64,000 nt of DNA from the NCBI GenBank assembly GCA_035221665.1, contig CM069154.1, positions 5,952,001 to 6,016,000 on the forward strand. Direction: 5' to 3'. The position numbers and the translations under genes are program-made. Source of the DNA: Okamejei kenojei (Eukaryota). Shown piece by piece: positions 24,101 to 35,573 of this stretch; the first letter of the stretch is position 1; each line of letters starts with the position of its first letter. The notes below the pieces were generated by a model. It was not told the origin of the DNA. It ran no database searches and was given only the letters and a program-made list of their open reading frames with translations.

Positions 24101-26609
24101 GGCATTTCAGTGGAAAAATCAAGTCAATCGCTGCGAAACATACCGTCAGATACATGGAGATATACGGAAAACATTGGATCCAAGCTATCTGTATTAATTC
24201 CACAGCTGTACCATCCCGTGTCTCCAGAGTGAAGATCCTCCACAGTCACTGTAAATATTCCTCGTGCCGGGTTATCTGTGATTGACACTCTTCCACTCCG
24301 TCCGTGTCGCCCATTTGTTTCCACTAAAACTCTACACTGTTCAGTCCACCCGTGACACCAGTATTTTGGGCGTGTGCGGTACTCTGCTTCATAGTGACAA
24401 TCGACTGTGACCGCTCTTCCCACAACTCCTCCTACATATTTCTTTCCCCACAACGCACCTGAAACGGAGAGGAAACATCTTCTGAAAATGAACAGGAAGA
24501 ATCGGGTGAACATTCGGAATGATCAGGGGTGCGCTGGACAACATTCATCCCCACACCAACACTGGACCAGATCATCCATCACTGCATGGACTTGCCCTCG
24601 TTTCAATTGGAGGCGTCTCTGCCATCTCCAACCCAGTGGTATGGAACAACATCTCATATTTCCCGTCAGCAGATTACACTCCAATGGTATGAATATTGAT
24701 ATCTCTAACTTCAAGTAAACCTAGCACCACCTCTCTCTCCATCCCTTCCCCACCCAAGTTGAACCAGCTTCTTGTTGAATCTCATTGTCTGTAACTAGTT
24801 CTCACTTACTTCACAGCTAGCAATGGCTTGTTTATTTTATCGTTTTTACTTTTTGCATATCTTTCATTCATTTGTTCTATATCTCTCTACACAACCGTCT
24901 ATAACTCTCATTTCCCTTTCCCCTGACTCTCAGTCTGTAAACATAGAAACATAGACACATAGAAATTAGGTGCAGGAGTAGGCCATTCAGCCCTTCGAGC
25001 CTGCACCGCCATTCAATATGATCATGGCTGATCATCCAACTCAGTATCCCGTACCTGCCTTCTCTCCATACCCTCTGATCCCCTTAGCCACAAGGGCCAC
25101 ATCCAACTCACTCTTAAATATAGCAAGGGTATGTAGAAGGGTCTAGATCTCGAAACGGCACCTATTCCTTAGCTCCAGAGATGCTGGCTGATCAGCTGAG
25201 TTATTCCAGTATTTTGTGTCTATCTTCCAAACCGACATTGTCTCTTCTGTCCCCTCAGCATTGCCGGCGTTTCTGTCGCTCGTCACGCTGCTGGGAGCGT
25301 CAATTCCCGGTCTTAGTGTCGGCTGGTGGCTTCCCAGAAGATCTAGCAATTGTGAATGGAAGGAGGCCGCAGAGTACAATATTCGTACAAATTACCTCAC
25401 TTCAGCTACCAACTAAATGGGTCGCTTTAATGACCGAGTGAAAAAATACGTCCAGGAAAATATATGGGAATCTGGATCTCACTCACAGTCAGTATCACAA
25501 CTGCTTCAGGATTAAGGTTGGGCCTTGCTGAATTAGACAAAAGCACAACAGAGGCAAAACAAAATGAGAAGTAAATGGTTACTTATTGCGAGAACGCTGT
25601 TGACCAGCACTCTACCCACGAGGATTAGAGAACTAAAAATACACGGCAAAATTAAAAAAAAACAAACGAACGTGGTGTCAATTTGAGAATATCTAAGCGT
25701 AATTTACGTTCTGCTTTCAGTGAGAACTGAAGTGCAGTAACTAGATCTATGTCCAATTATAGGGGTGCGTTTGCGCTTTGATGTAACTTCTGCTTACGCG
25801 GGAGTGTGGCGACTTTTCGGGAGATGGTCCAAGGAGAGACGACTAATTTAGGCAACTAAAGAACGGCGCTCCCTCTACCCACTCCCCCCCCCCCCCCTCA
25901 AACCTCCCCCCCCCCCCCCCCCCCCCCTCCATCTTCACAGTGCCCCCCCCCCCCCCCCCCGCAACCCGCACTCCAAACTGGATAGTTAGAAACATAGGCG
26001 CAGGAGTAGGCCATTCGGCCCTTCGAGCCAGCACCGCCATTCAATATGATCATAGCTGATCATCTAAAATCTGCCCTTCGAGTTAAATCTAACTCTCTTG
26101 AAAACAACCACTGCCTTGTGTGACAGAAAATTCCACAGATTCACAACTCTCGGGGTCAAAACGTTTTTCCTGATCTCAGTCCTAAATGTCCTAACGATGC
26201 ATATCGGTTCCTCCCAGTAAGTTGAAGATACATTAGCAATACTTTCTTAGTTTAATTTAGTTTAGAGATACAGCGCCGAAACAGGAACTTCGGCCGACGG
26301 AGTACGCGCACGACCAGCGATTCCCGCACATTAACACTGTCCTACACACCCTCCGGACAATTAGAATCGAACCCGGGTCTTTGGTGTTTGTAAGGCAGCA
26401 ACTCTACCGCTGCACCACAGTGCCCTGCCGTACAACGGTGTTGATACGAGAATACATGTTCAGTTACATTTCCTGGGTCTGTTCCACATTTACACTCCAT
26501 ATATGTCAGCCATCTCTGCTGTGAAAACTAACACTGGTTATCAGAATGTTCAGCTCTATCTCTGTCACTCACCGGGTAGGGAACAAACGATAAGAATTGG
26601 AATCCACAT
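15143..26609 (-). CDS. Receptor gene 2, complete: CD300/pIgR-like (MDIR-like) V-C2 type I receptor, 286 aa; join(26573-26609,24144-24458,20738-21058,19527-19575,15787-15877,15143-15190)
   Basis: All junctions GT-AG with compatible phases 1,1,1,2,0; 861 nt open to TGA; polyA signals follow. Confidence 0.8.
15787..15877 (-). CDS. Gene 2 transmembrane exon SYISWRVGRWLLFLLLVIWSISTAVFTRGSK
   Basis: ctctgcccag|T..AAG|gtaggt; completes the AG|T codon from the stalk exon; hydrophobic run with Arg. Confidence 0.85.
17444..18962 (-). mobile_element. Penelope-like retroelement, 5'-truncated: RT + GIY-YIG endonuclease + pLTR
   Basis: GVAMGTRMGPSYA, YLRYIDD, NLIYCIRC..IYFGQT.R.L..F.EH; internal frameshifts. 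Confidence 0.92.
17507..17534 (-). ncRNA. Minimal type I hammerhead ribozyme motif in Penelope pLTR
   Basis: CTGAAGA A GGGTC TC GACCC GAAAC GTC on the minus strand. Confidence 0.8.
19003..19104 (-). mobile_element. 102-bp hammerhead-containing mini insertion with 15-bp TSD (hammerhead at 19067-19094)
   Basis: CTGCATTCACATGAT at 18988-19002 and 19105-19119; single copy at the paralogous site ~389-403. Confidence 0.9.
19527..19575 (-). CDS. Gene 2 stalk exon
   Basis: Same sequence and splice sites as 806-854. Confidence 0.8.
20738..21058 (-). CDS. Gene 2 C2/I-type Ig exon
   Basis: cccacag|AA CTT GTG..ACT G|gtaagt; 321 nt. Confidence 0.9.
21343..22939. mobile_element. Non-autonomous hAT-like element copy 1 (left end present, right end lost), carrying FAM110-like sequence
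   Basis: Starts CAGGCCCGTA exactly where homology to gene 1 breaks; minus-strand hAT dimerization-like remnant RTSMSNNRLSAIALIHIH; homologous to 45080-46390 and 48907-48986. Confidence 0.65.
22074..22584 (+). pseudogene. FAM110: FAM110-like fragment, copy 1 (N-terminal domain replaced by short repeats)
   Basis: MPSEIAP..; HSDLSCRFSRACSGLDSFFKDCGLEPEVIENMAREKF..LMFRSV resembles the FAM110 C-terminal domain. Confidence 0.7.
24144..24458 (-). CDS. Gene 2 Ig V exon, CD300/pIgR-like
   Basis: tttcag|GT GCG TTG TGG..GAC G|gtatgt; 315 nt; KYWCHGWTEQC, DTGWYSC. Confidence 0.92.
26573..26609 (-). CDS. Gene 2 signal-peptide exon MWIPILIVCSLP(G)
   Basis: ATG..CCC G|gtgagt; 37 nt, phase 1. Confidence 0.85.
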
Positions 26610-27325
26610 TGTTTTCTTCACGGAGACCAGTCCAACGCTTGTCCGTCGCTCAGTGCGTGTAATATGAATGGGGGAGAAGGAAGCAGGAATCTGGGTTGTG
26701 AAACCGCTGGACACCAAGTGTAAATATCACACGTATGTACTTGACGTCTTCTCAGCTCACTTTTACAAATTCATCTCTTTGTATTTCCATTTCATGTCGG
26801 AAATAGTTCAGTTTAGTTTAGTTTAGATATGCAGCGCGGAAACATGGACTTCGGCCCACCGAGTCCACGCAGACCAAGAGAAGGCATTTGTGTTTCGAGG
26901 TTTCCACGTTGATACAGTCAGCTGCCAGTAACGTGCAAACCAATACAACTCTTCTCCCATTGAAATGTTTCCACAGAGTGTGTTGGGTGCTTTGAATGTA
27001 CTGCCAGAAGTGGTGGTGGAGACAGACACAAGAATGGCTTCTAAGAGCCACATGGACCTGCAGGGAATTAAAGGATACAGATCATGTGCAGACAGAGGAG
27101 ATTAATTTAACCCGGCAATTTTCTCCGGGAGCTCCGGTTTACACTCCAAAGGCGTACAGGTTTGTAGGTTAGGCTTCGGTAAAAATGGTAAATTTTCCCT
27201 CGTGTGTAGGATAGTGCTAGTATACGGGGTGCTTGCTAGTCGGCGTGGTGTCGTTGGGACGAAGGGCCTGTTTCCGCGCTGTTTCTCTAAAGTCTAAAAG
27301 CGTAAAGCCAGCTGGTGGCCGCTCT

Positions 27326-27390
27326 TCCCGCCCCTGTGGACTTTCCCGTCATACTGTAGCTATTTATGGGCTTCCCCCACGCACTTCCTG
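27326..27390. promoter_or_regulatory. Candidate enhancer of gene 2: GC box, two kappaB-like sites, ETS site
   Basis: CCCGCCCC, GGACTTTCCC (27338), GGGCTTCCCC (27368), CACTTCCTG (27382); motif matches only. Confidence 0.3.
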
Positions 27391-28562
27391 TTCATTTCCG
27401 ACTTAGAAACAGTTTGGGTTAGTGCCATGGAGTCATACAGCACAGTAACATGGCCTTTGACCCAACTTGTCCACGCTGACCAAGATGCCAAGGTGCCAAG
27501 ATGCCCCATCTAACCTAGTCCCATTTGCCCACATTTGGCTCATATCCCTCTAAATCTTGTTCAGATTGCTAGCCCTAGTTTATCCTGGTCTTTTCTTGGT
27601 TGCAGGTCCCCTCACCCTCCACGATCAGCCTGGGGAAGGATCATTTGGACATGTACATGACTAAGGTAGGTTTCGCGGGATATGGGCCAAACACAGGCAG
27701 GTTGGATTAGCCTAGATGAGACATGTTGGTTGTCGTGGGCAAGTTGGGCCGAACGGCCTGTTTACATGATGTATGATTCTGGGACTCTGTACCAACATGA
27801 AATGGCACATATCCATTTTCTTTAGAGATACTGCATGTCCCACTGAGTTACTCCAGCATTTTGTGTTTATCTTTGTTATACACCAGCATCCTTTTTATTA
27901 CATTCCCTCTAAACCTTTTCTTTGCTTTCTTACAATGGGTCTCAGTAATAGAACTCTGTTGTAACTTGGGGACTTGCACGATAACTTTGATAGGACAAGA
28001 CCACATTTGATGCTGTAGCCATTGACCCTAGGATATATGAGCAGAAATAGGTCATTTGGCCCATCAAGTCTACTTCGCCATTGATTCATGGCTGATCTAT
28101 TTTACTCTCTCAACCCCATTCACAATTTCACAAGTTGGTCTGATCTTCTTCGAGAGTGTAGCTCGGTCCAACTGATACCACCACCTGGAAGGACCAGGTA
28201 GAATCTGGCTGGTTCGACACTATTGTGAATCACCCATGGTCCCCATTGCTCAGTTACTGTTTAAAAGTGCCTACGGTATCAGAGTAGTTACATTGCTGAA
28301 TTGGTAACACGTTGACCTGGAACAATGATTTGTGCATGGAAGATCAAATTTAGCAAAGCAACTGGACCATTGTTAATTAAATTCCAGGAATACAAAAGTA
28401 ACATCAGCAGTGGCAGCTGTGAAACCTAGTTAGAGATGCAGTGTGGCAATGGGCCTTCTGACCCACTGAGTCATACTGACCAGCAATCAGCCATATACTA
28501 GTTCCATCCACGTTAAGGGCAATTTTCGGAAGCTACTTAACATAAAAACCTGTGTAGAAAGG

Positions 28563-31500
28563 AATAGTAAGATTAAATGCAAACTTACCTGTTCGACATT
28601 TGATCTTTACTTTATGAGGAGTTATGATGAGGGATTACGTGAAGAAGCCCCGCCAGGCGCATGCACGTCACACTTCAAAGCAGCGGTGTGAAAAACACAG
28701 AAACCGATAGCCGAAGTAAGATAGTAAGGCTCACAAAGACTAGAACTACCAGATGATCCTTTAGATTATGAGGGTCGGGAGCAGAGGGCATGTAATCCCT
28801 CATCGTAACTCCTCATAAATAAAGATCAAACTTCGAACAGGCAAATTCTCGTTTAATCTTACTATTTTACTTCGGAGTCACGTGAGTGACTATGTGAAGA
28901 TTTTAAAGCTATGTGATTTTCATGCCATAGATTCACTCCATAAGACACATTGCTTCGGTTGACCCAGTAATGAATAAATAATATATTGAACATTGCTTGA
29001 AATTATGCAATAAGTATTTTAATAATATTAATAATAATAAGAAAGGAAAGTAATAACCCCTCTATCCCTGGGGGAAATTACAACAAAGGATATGAAACCA
29101 ATGATATAAAACAAAGCAAACAATTTAAACTGAACCCAACACAGCGTGTCCAAATCCTGGCACTGTGACAACAGATTTATCGTAAAACTTTGAAAAAGTT
29201 TCTTCTTTAGATCATCCTGCGGCCTCTAAAATTTGATCGAGCGGCACATCCTGCGCCTTCGCCGTGGATGTTGATGCCGCCCTGGTGGAGTGAGATTTAA
29301 ACACATGAGTGTCCACTCCAGCTAAATCCAGAACCTGGTTTAACCATCTAAAATTAGTTTCTACTGTCACTTTTTTATATGGTTTCTTGTGGGTAATGAG
29401 CATTGCTGTCTCACAACCTCGGTGACTCATAGTTACTTCAATATATCGAGTCAGATGCTTAACCACACACAATGTTTGGTCGACAGTGTGTGCTTTAAAG
29501 ATTACTTTGGTTCCAGCCTTTCCTGGCCTGCTTTGTTTGATTAGATCATAAACATAAAAAGTAATTTTATCTACGGACAAATCCATACAATCTAACCATA
29601 ACATCTGCAATGTTTGTACTCGTTGTGATGATTCTAATGCCATGAGCATTACCACTTTAAATGTTAACTTCTGAAAAGACAGTGACGTAATTTGAGCCCA
29701 CTGCCGAAGCAATGTGAGAACTATACTGACATCCCAGATCGCTGTATATCTGGGTTTGGGAGGATTTTTATTAAACATTCCTCTCATAAATCGGGATATT
29801 AATGGATGAGACCCGATAGAATGACGTTCTGAAAATTGTCCTAAATAGGACAAGGCACTCCGAGCACTATTTATGGCACTATAACTCAGGTGCTGATCAA
29901 AATACAGCATAGCAAGGAACTCCAATACATCCAATCTGTTTGCAGTTTGATAAGATATATCTGACTGTATACAAAAGATTTCCCATTTCTTTATATGAGA
30001 CATATATTGTTTCTTAGTGCTATCTCTCCAAGCTGCAGTTATGACATCCATGGTCCTATCCAACAGTCCAAGCCCTTGTAATGGTCTGGTCAAAAACCCA
30101 CAGATTAACAAATTAATATGATCATGCAATGGATGACTGTTACTGGTTGTACCAACAAATTACTGCAGCTGGGGATCGTCATGAATGGTTGAGTTATCAT
30201 TCTGAGCACCAATGGGAACCATGGCTGTGTAGGCCAGTTTGGAACCACCAAAGCGCCTGTGGCGGAGTCTTGCTCTATTTTGGTGAGACATTGCCTAATC
30301 AGGCAGAATGGGGGAAAAGCATAGAAGAACATATTTCCCCAATGCTGCGAGAATTCATCCACCGCTACTGCTCCTGGGTCAGGCTCCCATGAGACGTATT
30401 TAGGCAACTGGTTATTTAATCAGGACGCAAACAGATCAATATCTGGTAACCCATGCCGACTGACAATTTTTTTGAAAACTTCTGGACTTAACATCCATTC
30501 TGTATTGTCATTGAACTTTCCTGATCAGTTGTCTGCCACAATATTGTCTCTCCCTGGTAGATAGATAGCTGAAAGCCAGATATTCCTAGAGATACACCAG
30601 TGCCACATCAGGTTGACCAGATTATCACATGATACTGATCTTACTCCCCCCATATGATTGATATATGCCACAGCTGTGGTATTGTCTACTTGTAATTGAA
30701 CATGCAAGTCATTCATTGTAGAACAATAAACCTTCAATCCATCAAATGCCCCAAATAACTCCAAATAATTGATTCCATATGTTTGGAGAATTAAATCCTC
30801 TTGGACAGACCATCTACCACCACAGCTGGTATCGCTGTCTGTAGCTCCCCATCCGAGAGCGCTCACATCAGTTTGTAATACCACTGAAGGTTGCTGAACC
30901 AAAATATTTTTAGTAGCTTGTGCAACATTGAGAATCCACCATTGCAATTCAACTAAAGCTTCAGTTGTTAACTGCATGGACCTATCAAAATGATCTGCAC
31001 GCTTTTTAGTGCTTGTTCTCTGTCTCTTTGAAGACTTTGATAGTGCAGAGGTCCAAACTCGACAGCAGGGATTGCTGCTACTATTTTACCAATAACCCTA
31101 GCTACTTCTCGGATGGAGGGATAAGGTTTGTCAGCGAGGCAAGTACAGACATTTGTAATGTCCTCAACTTTATCTGTTGGCAAAGTTACTGACATATCAA
31201 CTGGATTAATGACAAACCCCAAATAATCAATTGTTTGGGATGGCTGTAGCTTAGATTTTGTTAGATGGATCAGAAACCTTAGCCTTTCAGCAACAGGCTT
31301 ATAGTTGTTGAAACTGATTCTTCAGCTGTCTCCTGAGTGGCATTTACAATTAAGATATCATCGAGATAAGCCATTACAATGTGATTTTGAGCCCTTAATA
31401 ATGCCAGTGCTGGTTTCAATAATTTTGTGAACAGCCTGGGAGCTGAAACTAACCCATTAGGTAATGCTTTAAATTGCCACAGCTGACCCATCCAATTAAA

Positions 31501-33462
31501 CTTCAAGTACCTGCGATAACGATAATGAATTGGCACTGAATAATAAGCATCTTGTAAGTCTATAGTAGCCATGTAACAGCCTTGTGACAACAACTGCTTT
31601 GCAGTGTTGAAGGTGTCCATTTTAAAATGCCTATACTGGACATACAAATTCAATTTTGTGAGGTCCAGAATGACTCTACAACCCCCATCTTTCTTTGGTC
31701 TGGGGAATATATTGGACACAAATTGTTGCGGATGATTGACAGTTCTTTCAATTACCCCTTTTTTGAATAAATGTTTAACTTCTTCTTTTATCTGACAGGT
31801 TTCTGGTACAGGAAACACCAAAACCCAATTAGGTTTATTCTGTACAGGTGGATCAACTCCTGCCATAAATTCTATTGTAGAACCTGACACAGTATCTAGT
31901 ATAAACCGATCAGATGTTATACTGCACCATTCATCATAAAACAATTGTAATCTACCCCCAATTACCCCCGGTTGTTTCCCAGAAGGTTTTTATGTGATGG
32001 AATGAAGTTTTTGTACCTCAGTAAATGACCGTGACGGTATCCTTCTTCCAATAAATGGGTTGACATTGGGCTGTGCTGGGTAATAGTACCTTCTACCCAT
32101 TCCCCTGCCTCTGCTTGTTCCTGCTCCGGAATCAAACCCCCTTCTCATCCAGCCTGCTTGTTTTCTTTGACTATGGATGAAAGGTTTCATGAGGCTAATT
32201 GTTTTTGCCTCCTCATGAATATCTTTGATTTGTTTCGGCAGGTTCTCCCCAAATAAATAATCCGGAGCTTGAGTATTACTCGATCCGCACAATCCTGCAA
32301 ATCTAGGGTGCAATATGGGCCCTTTTCCTGAGGCGATTTTCCTCATGCAATTTATTTCAAAGTAGGAATTGCAGAATAACGCCAGCATGTCTTTTTGAAC
32401 TTTAGACATAGCACACGCTTTTATCTGCTTCCCAAAAGCAGTGATGCCAGCTGTTATGAGCTTGAGGACACGCTGGAAATGCATTTCCTGCCCTCGCATC
32501 GTTGAACTCATGGGTGCCCAAATTGCAGAATTCACTGTTGGCACCCAGAGTGAAGCACAATTCACAGGTGTTTTGTAGAATTCAGCTGTCTCAACCATGA
32601 CAGTATCTTGGAGCTGGAGCTAAAAACCAAGTAGTTGATGTTGGCAGCCAAGTTTGCTTCCATGGCCTCACCGCTCCCTTCCAGTATAGCAAAACTTTGC
32701 GCTACATCAGGTACACCCGGAGCTTGGCTCTTGTGCTCTGGTGTGTACACATGAGCAGGGACACCAGCTTCAGGGTCAGTCTCCTGCTGCCCTGGTACTC
32801 CCAAGACTTGCTCGAATGAGACCTCTTCCAGACCTAAACAAGGCTCTGGAGAGTCAGATTCCCATTGTGTGTAGGCACCATATTCATGATATGGAACTCC
32901 TTCGGAGGCTGCCTGGGAATATTCTGGGTCTTTGGACCCTTGGTTGATGAGCGTTTGGAGCATGGTCTCCATTTGCTCCATTCTTTGCCACATGGCTTTC
33001 CTGTCTGGAGGAGAATCCTCTTCATCAGACAAAACGGGCCTGACAGACTTCCTCTTACTTTTCCTGCCTACAGTAGTGGCCTCAGTGCCCTGCGGCACTG
33101 GAGCAGCTGGAGGCTCATTAACAACAGGATTCACGGCTACCGGTATCGGAACCGGCACCGCACTTATCTGCAGTCCTGATCGCTGTTGTGGACCATCTTC
33201 AATGCGTGACCCGCGCTTAATACGCACCGACTTTCTCGCACTGCTCTCCATTTTCAAACTTCTCCTGGCTAGCCAGCCAGCATTATGGAGCCTAAATAAA
33301 GGCTAGGAAGTAGTTTAAACCACTTACCTGCAAAGTCTTTTACGCACCGCTGGTGAAGTTGCGCTCTGTAACTCGTTCCTAGCGACATGCGTCGACGTAA
33401 TGACGCACATGCGCCTGGCGGGGCTTCTTTACATAGTCACTCACGTGATTCCGAAGTAAAAT
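28563..33462 (-). mobile_element. DIRS retrotransposon A, full length and frameshifted: gag (~33251-31990), RT-RNaseH-MT (~31970-30105), tyrosine recombinase (~30060-29212)
   Basis: DLQDAYY, LPNGL.SAPR, YLDD, QTD.S..GWG, VDN.TA, YAFPPF, HSTRAAS; ITR/ICR termini. Confidence 0.95.
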
Positions 33463-35573
33463 TGGAGATGCTGGTTTATACTGAAGATAGATGCAAGGTG
33501 CTGGAGTAACTCAATGGTTATACATTTCTGGTGACAAAGGATGGGTGACGTTTCAGTTCTGGACCCTTTACACCCCGTCTGAAGAATGGCCCCAATTTGA
33601 AATGTCACCCAAACCTATTACTCCGGAGATGTCGCCCCACACATTGAGTTACTCCAGCACTTTATGTCTATCTTCAACTTACAAACTTGCACATCTTTGG
33701 GATTACAATGGGTGCTGTTTGCATAGAGTTTGTATGTTTGCCCTATGATCACATGGGTTTTCTTAGATTGCTCTGGTTTCCTCCCACATTCCAAATACAT
33801 GCAGGCTTGTAGGTTAATTGGTTTCTGTAAATCGGTGTGTAGGATAAAATTATTGTGAAAGATAGAATGGGTGATCACTGGTCAGTGCAGACTCGGAGGG
33901 CCGATGGACCTGTTTCCATGAGGTATCCTTCAGCTTAAATAGATTGCAGAATATAGTTCTCAGGATAGTAACACATCAGTTCCATATACAAAGTTCAATG
34001 TCTACAATGGGGTAGAGATGAATTTGACAGTACCCTAGTTTATGTAAGTGCCATTAATGTTAAAGCGAGGCTGAGCATTGAATGACTAACACCTGCTTCT
34101 ATTTAATATGTTCTGAATCATCAAGTCATGCTTCCAACTCATCAGTTCAAGTCACGCACCATACTGATTTGAAAATATATCGCTGGCTGTGTCTGAGTCT
34201 GGAATACACTGCCCTATTGTGGTGGAACCTTTGCCAGGACAGCAATGGTTCAAGGAGGCAGCTAACAGCCACTTCAACAAGGGCAGTAAGGAATGGGCAA
34301 CACGCACATGCCTTGTCGGCAACACTACAACCCCCAAATGATTAAAAAAATTCAGATGATGAGGAAGTTCAGGTTTTCTCAAGTCTGCAATAGTTTTAGA
34401 AAGTAGTGTGCAGAAGTGGTGACAGTTAAAAAAAATCTCATGAGGGTGGTGATTTTTTCAACAAAACTGTTTTTCCACGTTTCCATTTAATCACGAGCAT
34501 TCAGAGACTGCTTTATTGATAAACAAGTAATTTTGCAAACATGGCTGGATGTCATTAAACCAAGACCAAATAAGGTGAAATAAATGTTGCGTTCATGCAT
34601 AATTGTGAAGTTATTTGCCTCAAAGCACCAGTAGACCCGGATTTGATCCTGACCTGGGGTGCTGATTGTGTGGAGTTTGGAGGTTCACCCCCTAGGCTTC
34701 CTCCGTGTGCTCCAACCCCCTCCCACTTCGCATAGACGTACAGGTTTGTAGATTAATTGGCCTCAGTAGAGAGTAGATGGGAAAGTGCAAATAACATCTA
34801 ACTTGTGTGGACTTGATGGGCCGAAGAGCCTGTTTCCATGCTTTATCTCTCAATTAAACTAAACTAGTTCCTGACACTGAGCTTTAGCAACCTGCAGTGC
34901 ACATTGGAAACTTGAGATCTGTACACAAAATGGTTTCTGATCATTGGTTCAAAGAATGAGGAATTGGTAATTGACTTCCAAAAATAACCAACCCAGCTGT
35001 TAATGCTATGTGACAATCATAAATAGTTCCCTATTTCATGTAATTCTGTGCGAATCTCCTCACATCTCTGCTGGAATATTGGAGAATTCTCAGGGGAATT
35101 GCCATTGCTGTGTCGCAAGAAATCAGGAGAAACACTAAAGGTTTAACGGTCGAAATTACACAGGGTCTCACAATGGCACAGTGGTAGAGTTTGTTCCTCA
35201 CAGTGCCAGAGACCCATGTCTGATCCTGACTATGGGTGCTGTCTATACACAATTTGTGACCCGTGACCTGTGTGAGTTTTCTCCGGGATCTCCGGTTTCC
35301 TCCCACACTCCAAAGACGTACAGGTTTGTAGGTTAATTGTCTTGGTATAATTGTAAATTGTCCCTAGTGTGTGTAGGATAGTGCTAGTTTGTGGGGATCA
35401 CTGGTTAGTGCGGACTAGGTGGCCGAAGGGCCTGCTTCCATTCTGTATCTTGAAACTAAACTGAACTAAACTAACCAAAACTAAACTAAACTAGATTGAA
35501 CTAAATTAAATTACACTAAACTAAACTGAACTGAACTAAACTAAAAAAAACTCAATGGCTGGATAACATGGCA

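Noticed and set aside
25883-25960. Poly-C/G tracts (also ~1391, ~10613, ~50577) as functional G-quadruplexes
   Set aside because: Length differs between paralogs; unstable homopolymers or sequencing noise
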